Assembly (NCBI GenBank): GCA_963599465.1
Contig: CAVBXD010000001.1
Location: forward strand, 76,080 to 140,079
Reading direction: 5' to 3'
DNA length: 64,000 nucleotides
Source of the DNA: Oscillospiraceae bacterium
Lineage (GTDB): Bacteria > Bacteroidota > Bacteroidia > Bacteroidales > Bacteroidaceae
Shown here piece by piece: positions 10,965-20,920 of this stretch. Below the pieces are notes generated by a model. That model saw only the letters and a list, made by a program, of their open reading frames with translations, did not search any database and had not been told where the DNA came from. Every line of letters begins with the position of its first letter. Within the stretch, counting starts at the first letter, position 1. A program made the position numbers and the translations under genes.

Positions 10965-13163
10965 CTATTGAAGCGTGAGCACGCATTTCTGTCCCCTGCT
11001 CACTCTCGTTCCTGGTTTAACGCTTTGCTCGGTCACCTTTCCGCGACCCTTTATGGTGCATTTCACGCCGCTCGACTCGGCGAGGAACACCGCGTCGCGC
11101 GCTCCCATGCCGCGCACGTCGGGCATGATGCGTGGTCGCCCGGTCTTGTCCTCTATCAGTTTCACGCTTCCTCGTCTCCGTTCCGCCATGCCCCACACGG
11201 GTTGTGTCTCGTTCTCCTTGAAAGGATAATTGGAGTAGGTCGATATGCCGAGCGAGGAGAGCACGAAGTCGGCTGAGAGAATGTTGCCTGCCTTGACGTC
11301 GGGTATCATGCGTGAGTCGGCATCGCGTGCGTCGCTCACGTTGTATCTGACGTATTTTGCCATTATTCCGTCGGCAATCTCCTTGAACACTTCACTGCTC
11401 ATCCATCCATAGGCTGGCAGTCCGTATTTCTGTATGCAAACAATGCAGCTATAATATGGCCTGTCTTTTTGACCGAACCATCCGGCAAAAGAGAGCAGGC
11501 TGTGTGCGGTGCCGCGGTAGTTACCGTTGCTGGCAATCATTGCCGTGCCTGTCTTGCCGCAAACCCAGTAGTTGGGGCTGTTGGCTTTCTTGCCCGTGCC
11601 GTTGAGCACCACCCTGTGCAGCAAGTCTTGCATTATGCGCAATGTCTTGTCGGATGCAATGTGCTCCCTGCCGTTTACCACTTGTGGAGGGAACGAGGCT
11701 ATAGTGTCGCCGTCCTTGACAGCGCTTTTCACGAATCGTGGTTGCATCATGCGGCCATTGTTGGCTATGGCGTTGTAGAAGGTGAGGGTATAGATGGGCG
11801 GTATCAATGTCTCGTAGCCAATGCTCATCCAAGGCAGGGCCGTGTTGCTCCAGTTTACCCATTCCCCGCGCTTGTTCTTCTTCGGCATCCTTATCACGGG
11901 CATGGCGTGACCCACGATTGGTATCTTCACCCCTGCTCCGTTGATGCCTGTGCGGTATATACCGCGCACGAACTTCTCCGGGTTGTTGTGGTAGAACTTG
12001 TCTATGACATAGCTCACTCCGATGTTGGAGCTCAGTTCCATGGCGCGTCCCAAGGATATGGTGCCGTAGCCACCGCTTCTCCAATGGCTGTCTTTCATGT
12101 CGCGCCCGTAGATATGCCATATGCCGTCGCCTGTAGGTATCCGGAATGTCGTGTCGCACATCCCGTCCTCAAGTGCCGTCATCACCGACGCGGTCTTGAA
12201 CACCGAGCCGGGTTCCATCAGGTCGCTGACGGCGTGGCTCTGTATCTCGCGGAACTTGCCGTCGTTGCACTTCTCCATGTTGACTATAGCCTTTATGTCG
12301 CCCGTCGACACTTCCATAACTATTGCCACGCCTACACTTCCGTTTATCTCCTCAAGCTTCCTCACGAGCGCTCTCTCGGCAAGGTCTTGCATGCTTACGT
12401 CGATCGTTGTCATGATGTCGCAGCCGTTGATTGGGGCGCGGTTTGTTATGCTGAGGTATTTGCCGAGCACCTTTTGCCGGCTTATGGTGCCATAGGCGCC
12501 TTTCAGCAGCGAGTCGTAGCTCAGCTCCAGTCCGTAGCGTGCAGAGCGTCCGCCCTCTTCGGTGAGCAGCACGTCGCCTATCGTGCGCTTGGCAAGCGAC
12601 CCGTAGGGGTTCTCGCGGGCGTTGAGCTCGTCGAAGTGGAATCCGCTCTTGTTGTTGCCTAAGCGGAACAGGGGCAGGTCGCGCACCTGGCTATAGGTGT
12701 TGTAGTCGATGCGCTTGGGCCATATTACCCAATTGCGCACCCTCTCACCCTTGTGTGGTCCCGACTGCCGCCGTTTGTTGTATCCCTTTATGAGATGTGC
12801 CTTAAACTGTTGCGCGCTCTGTTCCGGGAAGATGTGGTGCAGGCCTTGACAAATGCTGTCGAGCTTGACGTGCCAAAGCGAGTCGCCGTTCTTTGCCACG
12901 TGGAGCTGCTGGAAGTCCATGTAGATCTTGAACTCTGGCAGTGACGAGGCGAGGAGTTGCCCGTCGCACGAAAGTATGTTGCCGCGCGTGGGCTGCGTTC
13001 TCACGCTGTCTTGCCGCACGCGGCTTGCCACCTTCATCCAATAGGTCTTCTTCGCCGTCATGATGTAGACGGCACGGCCAAGTATCACAACCACCACAAA
13101 CACCGCGAGCCACGTCAGCTTGTTGAAGCGTGGCATTATCTTCTTATAGTTGAACTTGCTCAT
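10965..13163 (-). CDS. ftsI: Class B penicillin-binding protein with C-terminal PASTA domain
   Basis: EPGSVFK (SxxK), SSN, GKTGT motifs; PASTA-like MPDVRGMGARDA; dcw position. Confidence 0.92.
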   Translation of the reverse strand: MSKFNYKKIMPRFNKLTWLAVFVVVVILGRAVYIMTAKKTYWMKVASRVRQDSVRTQPTRGNILSCDGQLLASSLPEFKIYMDFQQLHVAKNGDSLWHVKLDSICQGLHHIFPEQSAQQFKAHLIKGYNKRRQSGPHKGERVRNWVIWPKRIDYNTYSQVRDLPLFRLGNNKSGFHFDELNARENPYGSLAKRTIGDVLLTEEGGRSARYGLELSYDSLLKGAYGTISRQKVLGKYLSITNRAPINGCDIMTTIDVSMQDLAERALVRKLEEINGSVGVAIVMEVSTGDIKAIVNMEKCNDGKFREIQSHAVSDLMEPGSVFKTASVMTALEDGMCDTTFRIPTGDGIWHIYGRDMKDSHWRSGGYGTISLGRAMELSSNIGVSYVIDKFYHNNPEKFVRGIYRTGINGAGVKIPIVGHAMPVIRMPKKNKRGEWVNWSNTALPWMSIGYETLIPPIYTLTFYNAIANNGRMMQPRFVKSAVKDGDTIASFPPQVVNGREHIASDKTLRIMQDLLHRVVLNGTGKKANSPNYWVCGKTGTAMIASNGNYRGTAHSLLSFAGWFGQKDRPYYSCIVCIQKYGLPAYGWMSSEVFKEIADGIMAKYVRYNVSDARDADSRMIPDVKAGNILSADFVLSSLGISTYSNYPFKENETQPVWGMAERRRGSVKLIEDKTGRPRIMPDVRGMGARDAVFLAESSGVKCTIKGRGKVTEQSVKPGTRVSRGQKCVLTLQ

Positions 13164-13636
13164 TTGTCGGGTACAGTTATGATGTAAGGTGGCTGCGTAG
13201 GCATCTTCAGCGTGCTGTCCTTGTTGTTCTTGAGCATCTCCAGGACATTGGATTGCCTGCTCTCCTCAGTTAGTTTGCTGTTGCTCGACAGTGCCTTGTA
13301 CTTGGCGTCTTTCAATTCCTTTTGAAGCGCGTCTATTTGTATTATGTCTTGCTGGCAAGAGTATCTGTTGGCTATGTATATCACTACGAACAATGATATG
13401 AGCAACAACAACAACACCTGCCTGCGCACGAACGACGTATTCAGTAGGTCGCCGCCAAGGATCTTTCTCAGCGAGAAGGTTCTCGAAAGCGGAGCCTCGC
13501 CTTCCGTGGCTTGCTCTTCTACGACCTTTGAAAACGACAGCCTGTCATCGGCGGTATTGTCGTCGATGGGCTTTGTCGTGTCCTCATTGTTATTGTTGAT
13601 TGTCGAATCTTTTTTCATGTTCTTCTTTTTCCTCAC
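13160..13636 (-). CDS. ftsL: FtsL-like cell division protein (start may be the ATG at 13618)
   Basis: Bacteroidetes FtsL_2-like pattern (ILGGDLL, TM helix, coiled coil); between rsmH and ftsI. Confidence 0.8.
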   Translation of the reverse strand: MRKKKNMKKDSTINNNNEDTTKPIDDNTADDRLSFSKVVEEQATEGEAPLSRTFSLRKILGGDLLNTSFVRRQVLLLLLISLFVVIYIANRYSCQQDIIQIDALQKELKDAKYKALSSNSKLTEESRQSNVLEMLKNNKDSTLKMPTQPPYIITVPDK

Positions 13637-13662
13637 TCTTCATTCTTCCCTCTTCACTTAAT

Positions 13663-14580
13663 TCACTTCTTCTCCGCTATCCTGAGTTTCGCGCTTCTGC
13701 TGCGAGGGTTTTCTTCCACCTCTTCGTTGGTGGGTATTATGACCTTGTTGTTGACAAGGTTGTAGGGACTCGCCTTTCTTCCGTACACAGGGTCTTCCTC
13801 TATCTTCCCGTTTACGTTGCCGCTTTTCATTATGTTTTTCACCATGCGGTCTTCAAGCGAGTGATAGGTAATGACGCTCAGCCTTCCGCCCGATGCGAGC
13901 AGCTCGGTGGCAGACGTGAGCATCTCGTTGAGGGCCTGCATCTCGTGGTTCACCTCTATGCGCAGGGCCTGAAAGAGCCGTGCCATGTCCTTCTTCTCTT
14001 TCTCGCGGCGGAAGAGCGGGTCTACCACTTGCAGGAAGTCGTGGGTGGTGAGTATGGGCTTGCGATCGCGTGCCTTCACTATTGCGTTGGCTATCTGGCG
14101 TGCCCTTCGCAGCTCGCCGTAGAGGTAGAATATGTCGGCGAGATGCTCCTCGGTGTCGTTGTTCACTATGTCGGCTGCGGTTTTCCCGCCCTCGCGGTTC
14201 ATGCGCATGTCGAGAGGCGCGTCATACCTGAACGAGAAGCCGCGATCGGCATCGTCGAAGTGGTGGCTCGACACGCCAAGGTCGGCAAGTATGCCGTCGA
14301 GGTGTTCCACACCGTAGTAGCGCATCCAGTTGCTCAGCCAGCGGAAGTTGGAATGGACAAACGTGAACCTTGGGTCGTCCACGATGTTGTTCGCGGCATC
14401 GGCATCCTGGTCGAAGCTGTACAGATGCCCGTTGTCGCCAAGCCTGCTAAGTATCTCGCGTGAGTGCCCGCCGCCGCCAAAGGTCACGTCAACGTACACG
14501 CCATCGGGGTTGATGGCAAGACCGTCAACGCTCTCTTTGAGCATGACGGGAATATGATATACTAAAGTGGTGTCAGTCAT
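13663..14580 (-). CDS. rsmH: 16S rRNA m4C1402 methyltransferase
   Basis: HIPVM, DVTFGGGGHS, DLGVSS, PLDMRM, YHSLEDR, NPRSRSAKLR. Confidence 0.97.
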   Translation of the reverse strand: MTDTTLVYHIPVMLKESVDGLAINPDGVYVDVTFGGGGHSREILSRLGDNGHLYSFDQDADAANNIVDDPRFTFVHSNFRWLSNWMRYYGVEHLDGILADLGVSSHHFDDADRGFSFRYDAPLDMRMNREGGKTAADIVNNDTEEHLADIFYLYGELRRARQIANAIVKARDRKPILTTHDFLQVVDPLFRREKEKKDMARLFQALRIEVNHEMQALNEMLTSATELLASGGRLSVITYHSLEDRMVKNIMKSGNVNGKIEEDPVYGRKASPYNLVNNKVIIPTNEEVEENPRSRSAKLRIAEKK

Positions 14581-15022
14581 TTTCCTCTTCTTTCATTGCT
14601 TCCTCAAGCACATTGCTGAAGTCATCCTTGTTCATAGTCTCCATGTTGTCGGCAGGCCATACCTCGATGGTGTCGCCCATTCCCACGAAACGTATCGACT
14701 GGCTTATGCCTGCCATGTCGAGAAAGCCGCGTGGAATGAGAATCCTGCCACTCGCGTCTATTGTCAGTTCGGCAACGCTGCTTACGAAGGTGCGGTATGC
14801 CATTTGTTGGCGGCGGTCCCATCTCGACAGTTTGCGTCGCATGTTGTCCACCAGCCCGTCCCATACACTTACAGGATAGAGCACCAGCAGGTCCTCGAAC
14901 ACGTCTTTGCGAAGCACGAGCGTAGTCTCGCCAGATGCAGCCAGCACCTTTCGGAACTGGGCGGGGAGAAAGGCCCTGCCCTTAGCGTCGGTTTTTGCTT
15001 CTATGTTGCCTAAAAAACGCAT
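14573..15022 (-). CDS. mraZ: Transcriptional regulator MraZ (start set at MRFLGN, ATG 15022)
   Basis: Two DxxGR repeats (DAKGR, DASGR); first gene of the dcw cluster. Confidence 0.93.
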   Translation of the reverse strand: MRFLGNIEAKTDAKGRAFLPAQFRKVLAASGETTLVLRKDVFEDLLVLYPVSVWDGLVDNMRRKLSRWDRRQQMAYRTFVSSVAELTIDASGRILIPRGFLDMAGISQSIRFVGMGDTIEVWPADNMETMNKDDFSNVLEEAMKEEEND

Positions 15023-15051
15023 GCTCGCACATATTAAATGTATTGGGAGTT

Positions 15052-15100
15052 CAAAGTTACGTATTTTCCCCCACTTCGCGCCACTTTTCCCCACTTTTTT
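15052..15100 (-). promoter_or_regulatory. dcw promoter (-7 TAACTTTG at 15052-15059) with three GTGG boxes at 10-bp period (putative MraZ operator)
   Basis: Plus-strand CCAC at 15071, 15081, 15091; minus strand reads AAGTGG x3. Confidence 0.75.
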
Positions 15101-15169
15101 TCAAAAATGTGGTTATTGGTAAAACAGTATTACATTTGCAGGCCATTGCGACGAGTGGTAAAAAGGCCG

Positions 15170-15260
15170 TTTGCCGTTACGTTAGAATGGCGTTGCCGTT
15201 ACGTTAGAACGGCGATGCCATTGCAGCGTAACGGCAACGCCATTCTAACGTAACGGCAAA
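15170..15260. repeat. 34-bp perfect inverted repeat built from 22-bp repeat units
   Basis: TTTGCCGTTACGTTAGAATGGCGTTGCCGTTACG (15170-15203) is the reverse complement of 15227-15260. Confidence 0.95.
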
Positions 15261-15385
15261 ACGGGGTCAAAAACCCTCTTTTGGCGTTGAGTTGACGGCA
15301 ATGCTTTGAAATATTTCTTCACATTTTTACAGATGAAATGAAAGGAAATAAAAAATAATTGGTATTTTTGCAACGTAGTTTGGTT

Positions 15386-16243
15386 ATGACTGAGAAAAGC
15401 ATAGTTAAGACAATCGATTTAGAGGGAATATTGCGCAGCAAGATGGGCAATAAGGCTCGCTACGTGCCTCGTTTTCTTGTGGCGTGGCTTCGCCGCCTCA
15501 TTCATGAGGATGAAGTCAACGCTTTCCTTGACGAGCATCGTGGGCAGGAAGGCACCGTGTGGCTTGAGGAGTGCGTGAAGTATCTCGACATGCGGCTCAC
15601 CATAGAAGGCAAGGAAAACCTTCCCGACAAGAACGACGGGAAACGCTATGTCTTCGTGAGCAATCATCCGCTTGGCGGTCAAGACGGCGTGTGCCTGGGC
15701 TCTATCATCGGCAGACACTATGACGGGAAGTTCCGGTATCTGGTCAACGACTTGCTGATGTTCCTTCCCGGTTTGCGCCCTGTGTGTGTGGGAATAAACA
15801 AGACGGGCCGCAATGGGGCTGGCTTGGCAGATGCGGTGGAGTCGGCTTTCAATAGCGACAACCACATCATAATGTTTCCGGCTGGTCTCAACTCGCGAAT
15901 CATCGACGGTCATATTCACGACATTCCCTGGAAGAAGACGTTTATATCTAAAAGCGTACAGCATCACCGCGACGTGGTGCCAATCTATTTCAGCGGTCGC
16001 AACTCCTCACGGTTCTATCGCATAGCGCGTTGGCAGAAGCGGTTGGGCATAAAGATAAACATCGCCATGCTCTTTCTCGTCGATGAGATGTACCGCAACC
16101 GCCACAAGCCATTCCGCGTGGTGATAGGGAAGCCTATACCTTGGCAGACTTTCGACAAGAGCCGCAAGCCTAAGGATTGGGCTGTCTGGGTGGAAGAGAA
16201 AGTTTATCAACAAGCAGGCCCGGCAGGGCTTAGGGCTGAGTAG
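15386..16243 (+). CDS. PlsC-like acyltransferase (GlsA-like O-acyltransferase); start set at ATG 15386
   Basis: SNHPLGGQD (HX4D-type) and FPAG motifs; TATTTTTG promoter element at 15363-15370; paired with the downstream GNAT. Confidence 0.8.
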   Translation: MTEKSIVKTIDLEGILRSKMGNKARYVPRFLVAWLRRLIHEDEVNAFLDEHRGQEGTVWLEECVKYLDMRLTIEGKENLPDKNDGKRYVFVSNHPLGGQDGVCLGSIIGRHYDGKFRYLVNDLLMFLPGLRPVCVGINKTGRNGAGLADAVESAFNSDNHIIMFPAGLNSRIIDGHIHDIPWKKTFISKSVQHHRDVVPIYFSGRNSSRFYRIARWQKRLGIKINIAMLFLVDEMYRNRHKPFRVVIGKPIPWQTFDKSRKPKDWAVWVEEKVYQQAGPAGLRAE

Positions 16244-16264
16244 CCGAAAACAATAAAAGCAACT

Positions 16265-17233
16265 ATGGAAGAAGAGATTATCCAACCCATCAGTAAGGAA
16301 AAGTTGAAAAGCGAGCTGACTCCTGAGCGCCGTCTTCGCATGACGAACAAGAGCCACAACGAAATTTATATTTTCACGGCTGCCGAGGCTCCTCATGTCA
16401 TGCAGGAGGTTGGCAGGCTTCGTGAGATAGCATTCCGCACGGCTGGTGGTGGTACGGGGAAAAGCGTGGACATCGACGAGTTCGACACCATGCCCAATGG
16501 TTGCAAGCAACTCATTGTGTGGAACCCCGAGGCAGAGGAAGTCATAGGTGGCTACCGCTATCTCTTTGGCGAAGATTGGCAGATGAAGGCCGATGGCCAG
16601 CCCAATCTCGCCATGAGCCATATGTATCGCTTCTCCGAAGAGTTCATGAGAGACTATGCGCCTTACACTGTGGAATTGGGTCGCTCGTTCGTGTCGCTCG
16701 AATATCAAAACGTGAGGAGAAACACGAAGAGCATTTTCGCACTCGACAACCTTTGGGATGGCTTGGGAGCACTCACCGTGATAAATCCCCGCTGCAAGTA
16801 TTTCCTTGGCAAGATGACGATGTATCCGTCGTTCGTGCGTCGTGGCCGCGACATGATACTCTATTTCCTTCGCAAGCATTTCGGCGACAACGAGCATCTT
16901 GCCGTCCCGATGGACGCGGTAATGCTCGATACGCCCGAGGAAGAGCTGAGAAGTCTGTTCTATGAAGACGACTTCAAGCGCGACTATCGTCTCCTCAACC
17001 ATCAGGTGCGCGATTTGGGATACAATATCCCGCCCCTTGTCAACGCCTACATGAATCTCAGTCCCACCATGAGGTTTTTCGGCACCGCCGTGAACCACGA
17101 GTTTGGCGATGTGGAGGAAAGTGGCATCCTTATTGCCGTAGACGAGATTTTCGAGGAGAAGCGCGTTCGCCATATCAACACCTTCGTGGCGGAACACCCC
17201 GAAGCGTTGAAGATGCCAATGCCAAAGAAGTAG
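16265..17233 (+). CDS. GNAT (OlsB-like) N-acyltransferase, GlsB/ChoA-like
   Basis: EVGRLREIAF, DIDEFD, GGYRY, VELGRSFV, IPPLVNAY motifs of the Acetyltransf_5 family. Confidence 0.8.
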   Translation: MEEEIIQPISKEKLKSELTPERRLRMTNKSHNEIYIFTAAEAPHVMQEVGRLREIAFRTAGGGTGKSVDIDEFDTMPNGCKQLIVWNPEAEEVIGGYRYLFGEDWQMKADGQPNLAMSHMYRFSEEFMRDYAPYTVELGRSFVSLEYQNVRRNTKSIFALDNLWDGLGALTVINPRCKYFLGKMTMYPSFVRRGRDMILYFLRKHFGDNEHLAVPMDAVMLDTPEEELRSLFYEDDFKRDYRLLNHQVRDLGYNIPPLVNAYMNLSPTMRFFGTAVNHEFGDVEESGILIAVDEIFEEKRVRHINTFVAEHPEALKMPMPKK

Positions 17234-17244
17234 GTCCTTGCGCG

Positions 17245-18582
17245 CTACACTATCGGCAGCGCTATGCCGCTGATTTTCTGATAGATGTCAAGAGCGTAGA
17301 CATCGGTCATGCCGCTTATGAAATCGAGCACGGCCATTATGCGAGTCTCAAGGTTGCCGCTATGTATGTCATACTGTGAGGAGATGCGGTTGATGAGTTG
17401 TTGCGAATGGAACCTCTCTGGATGCGCTGCCGCGTCAATGAACATGCGCATGAGCGTGTCCATTATCTTGTAACCGCTAAGCTCAATGTCGAGCACGGGC
17501 TTGGAGCGGTAAATTTTCTTGTATGATGTCTTCACGCATCGTTGGTAAGCCTCGCGTTGTTGTTCGGCAATATGGTCGATGAGGCTTCCTGTTAACGTGC
17601 CGTCCAATATCTTGTCCTCGTTGGCGACAAACGCCTCCACGCATTCGTGTTCCAGTTTTCCCACGGCGCAGGCCCGGAAATAAACCACTTGCTCGTTCTC
17701 GTCGGTCACGCCGTCGTCGGCGAGCCTTCCCAATATGCCTTTTCTGGTATCCTCGTCGAAGAAGCCGAGCAGCAGGTCGCGGGTCTCCTCGAAAGAGAGC
17801 AGGCGCAGCTTGTGGGAGTCCTCGATGTCCATTATCTCATAGCAGATGTCGTCGGCGGCCTCCACGAGATACACCAACGGGTGCCTGGCATACAACAGCG
17901 GCTCGCCCGATGCCGACAACCGCGTGATGCCCAGCTCGTTGGCTATCTTCTCATACGAGGAAGCCTCGGAAGCGAAGAAACCGAACTTGCCATGCCCGCC
18001 GGCAAGACTGCTTGCTCGCGGATATTTCACTATAGACGCAAGCGAGGAGTAGGTCATGACGAACCCGCCGCGCCTTCTGCCCAAGAACTGGTGGGTGAGA
18101 AGTCTGAAGGCGTTTGCGTTGCCCTCGAAATGGGTTATGTCGTCCCAGAAAGACGCCGACACCTCGTCTTTCAAGAAATTGCCGCTGTCCTCGGTGAAGA
18201 AAGTCTGGATAGCCTTCTCTCCAGAGTGGCCGAAAGGTGGATTGCCCATGTCGTGGGCAAGTCCTGCCGTTTGCACTATGGTGCCAATCTCCTCAAAAAG
18301 CGTGTTTCTCAATTCCGGGTGCTTGTCGGTAAGCCGCCGCGCCACGTCGTCGCCAAGGCTCTTGCCGAGCGATGACACCTCGATGGAGTGGGTGAGGCGG
18401 TTGTGCACGAAAATGCTTCCGGGCAGCGGAAACACCTGAGTCTTGTTTTGCAAGCGGCGGAACGGAGCCGAATAGATGAGGCGGTCGCCGTCGCGCTTGA
18501 ATTCTGAGCGGTCGTCGTGGCGGAGAGGGTGACGCTCCTCCTGCCCGAAACGCTTGTTGCTTATGAGTTGTTGCCAGTTCAT
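17245..18582 (-). CDS. dgt: dGTP triphosphohydrolase (start set at MNWQQ, ATG 18582)
   Basis: FRRLQNKTQV, NRLTHS, AHDMGNPPFGHSGE, EAADDICY, DFISGMTD. Confidence 0.93.
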   Translation of the reverse strand: MNWQQLISNKRFGQEERHPLRHDDRSEFKRDGDRLIYSAPFRRLQNKTQVFPLPGSIFVHNRLTHSIEVSSLGKSLGDDVARRLTDKHPELRNTLFEEIGTIVQTAGLAHDMGNPPFGHSGEKAIQTFFTEDSGNFLKDEVSASFWDDITHFEGNANAFRLLTHQFLGRRRGGFVMTYSSLASIVKYPRASSLAGGHGKFGFFASEASSYEKIANELGITRLSASGEPLLYARHPLVYLVEAADDICYEIMDIEDSHKLRLLSFEETRDLLLGFFDEDTRKGILGRLADDGVTDENEQVVYFRACAVGKLEHECVEAFVANEDKILDGTLTGSLIDHIAEQQREAYQRCVKTSYKKIYRSKPVLDIELSGYKIMDTLMRMFIDAAAHPERFHSQQLINRISSQYDIHSGNLETRIMAVLDFISGMTDVYALDIYQKISGIALPIV

Positions 18583-18710
18583 AGAAGTTGCTCCTGAGAT
18601 TTTTTTGCTCCTGATGCTTTTCGGCAAAGTTACGCTTATTTTGTGGCTTTTCGTCTTTTTAATAAATAAAATTAATTTATATGTGCGGAATTGCGTAATT
18701 TTGCATTATT

Positions 18711-19148
18711 ATGGTGAAAATCAAAGTTGTAAACGCTGGTTGCCAGCCTCTTCCAGCCTATGCCACAAGTCAAAGCGCGGGAATGGATCTCCGTGCCAAC
18801 ATAGAGTCGCCCATCACGCTTCATCCCATGGAGCGTAGCCTTGTGCCCACGGGCATCCGTATCGAGTTGCCTCAAGGCTATGAGGCACAGGTGCGCCCTC
18901 GCAGCGGGCTTGCGCTGAAGCACGGCGTCACCGTGCTCAATACCCCCGGAACCATTGATTCCGACTACCGTGGCGAGTTGAAAGTGCTGCTCGTGAACCT
19001 CTCGGGCGAGGACTTCGTGATCAATGCCGGGGAGCGTGTGGCACAGATGGTCATCGCAAAGCATGAGACGGCCACGTGGGAAGAGGTGGAAATGCTCGAC
19101 GAAACGGAGCGAGGTGAAGGCGGTTACGGTCATACGGGAGTGAAATGA
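18711..19148 (+). CDS. dut: dUTP diphosphatase
   Basis: [32 protein letters not shown]. Confidence 0.98.
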   Translation: MVKIKVVNAGCQPLPAYATSQSAGMDLRANIESPITLHPMERSLVPTGIRIELPQGYEAQVRPRSGLALKHGVTVLNTPGTIDSDYRGELKVLLVNLSGEDFVINAGERVAQMVIAKHETATWEEVEMLDETERGEGGYGHTGVK

Positions 19149-20920
19149 AGAGAAATCACGGCTTACACATCCTCGTCATCATTATGGCGGCAACACTTTG
19201 CCATGTGGCGACGGTGTCGTCGGCACAGGGGAGCAAGAACTCAAAGGCGGAAGCTGTCGGCGCTGACACGCTGACCTATGAGCAAGACAGCCTCTTTGGT
19301 GAACGTTTCCTCTCGGCACTGCGGCAACGTGAAAAAGGCAATGCCGACTCATCAATGATGCTTATAGACTCTTGCCTAAGTATAAACCCTCGTTCGGCGG
19401 TGGCGCATTTTATGCGGGCAGACTATTTTGCCGACAAAGACAGCGCAAACCTTGCGCTACGCGACTTGGAGACAGCCGCGTCGCTCGCGCCAGACAATGA
19501 CACATATCAAGAGCGGCTCGCCCAGATGTGCTTGGGCATGGGCTATTTCGACAAGGCGATAGACACATACGAGAAATTGTATCAGGTACATCGCGACCGT
19601 GACGATGTGGTTGCCATATTGGTGCAACTATATAGCAGGCAAAAGGAATACGACAAGATGCTGGATGCCATCAACCGACTTGAGGAAATGGACGGCGAGA
19701 ACGACCAGCTCTCGATGATGCGCATGAACGCCTATGAGATGAAGGGCGACGAGAAGGGTGCTTACAACACTTTGAAGAAGTTGGCAGACTCTCATCCCAA
19801 CGACCCTAACTTCAAGCTCATGCTTGGCAACTGGCTCATGCAGCACAAGCGGCAGCAGGAAGCATACGACATATATTCTGGAGTGTTGAAGAGCGAGCCC
19901 GACAATGCCATGGCGCAGAGCTGTCTCTACGATTATTATAACGGCACTGGACAAGACTCGCTTGCCAAGGGCATGATGGACCGTCTGCTTTTAGGCAAGG
20001 AGACGCCGCAAGAGACACGCGTGCAATTCTTGCGCAACGCCATTCAGCAAAACGAGAAGATGGGAGGCGACTCAGCCGACATGGTAACCCTCTTCAGGAA
20101 AGTGCAGGCCGTGGTGCCACGAGACACTACCGTGGCCCAGCTCAAGGCAGCGTATTACAGTCTGAAGAAATTCCCGAAAGACTCTATCGACAACGCCCTT
20201 GCCCAATTGATCGGCTTGCAGCCCGACAATGCTGAGGCAAGGTTGCAACTCATACAAGACAAGTGGTCGTCGCAAGACTGGAAAGAAATTGCAGCCCTCA
20301 GCGAGCCTGGAATGCTCTATAATCCCGACTTCCTGCCGTTTTATTTCTTCACAGGTCTGTCGCGCTATTATCTTAAAGACGACAAGGGAGCCCTCGATGC
20401 CTTGCGGAAAGGCACGGCGTTTATCAACGACCAAAGCAACACGGCGATAGCATCGGAGATATACGCCGTCATGGGCGAAATCTACTCTGCCAACGACATG
20501 AAGAAAGAGGCTTATGCCGCTTACGACAGTTGTTTGCAATACGATCCCAACAATGTGGGAACGCTGAACAACTACGCCTATTTCCTGAGCGTTGACGGTA
20601 TAGACCTCGACAAGGCTGAGAAAATGAGCGCCAAGGTCATTGCATCGCAGCCCAAAAATGCCACTTATCTTGACACTTATGCATGGGTCTTATACAAGCT
20701 CGGCAAGTATGCCGATGCCAAGATATACATTGACCAAACGTTGAAATTCGTCTCCGATAGCACCAAGTCGAACACGCTCTACGAGCATGCGGCGGATATA
20801 TATGCCGCCTTGGGCGATTACGACTCAGCAGCCTCGTTTTGTGAGAAGGCCGTGAAATTGGGCGGCGACGCCAAGGCGTTGGAGAAGAAAATAAGGCTTT
20901 ACAGAAAGAAATCGAAGTGA
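19145..20920 (+). CDS. Exported tetratricopeptide repeat protein
   Basis: Signal peptide, helical repeats, LNNYAY...[10 protein letters not shown] terminal TPRs; overlaps the dut stop. Confidence 0.88.
   Translation: MKRNHGLHILVIIMAATLCHVATVSSAQGSKNSKAEAVGADTLTYEQDSLFGERFLSALRQREKGNADSSMMLIDSCLSINPRSAVAHFMRADYFADKDSANLALRDLETAASLAPDNDTYQERLAQMCLGMGYFDKAIDTYEKLYQVHRDRDDVVAILVQLYSRQKEYDKMLDAINRLEEMDGENDQLSMMRMNAYEMKGDEKGAYNTLKKLADSHPNDPNFKLMLGNWLMQHKRQQEAYDIYSGVLKSEPDNAMAQSCLYDYYNGTGQDSLAKGMMDRLLLGKETPQETRVQFLRNAIQQNEKMGGDSADMVTLFRKVQAVVPRDTTVAQLKAAYYSLKKFPKDSIDNALAQLIGLQPDNAEARLQLIQDKWSSQDWKEIAALSEPGMLYNPDFLPFYFFTGLSRYYLKDDKGALDALRKGTAFINDQSNTAIASEIYAVMGEIYSANDMKKEAYAAYDSCLQYDPNNVGTLNNYAYFLSVDGIDLDKAEKMSAKVIASQPKNATYLDTYAWVLYKLGKYADAKIYIDQTLKFVSDSTKSNTLYEHAADIYAALGDYDSAASFCEKAVKLGGDAKALEKKIRLYRKKSK

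Noticed and set aside
1..15022. Absence of murF and ddl from the dcw cluster
   Set aside because: This is the usual Bacteroidota arrangement.
15170..15260. Invertible promoter switch
   Set aside because: The arms enclose only 23 bp with no promoter motif, and no recombinase is nearby.
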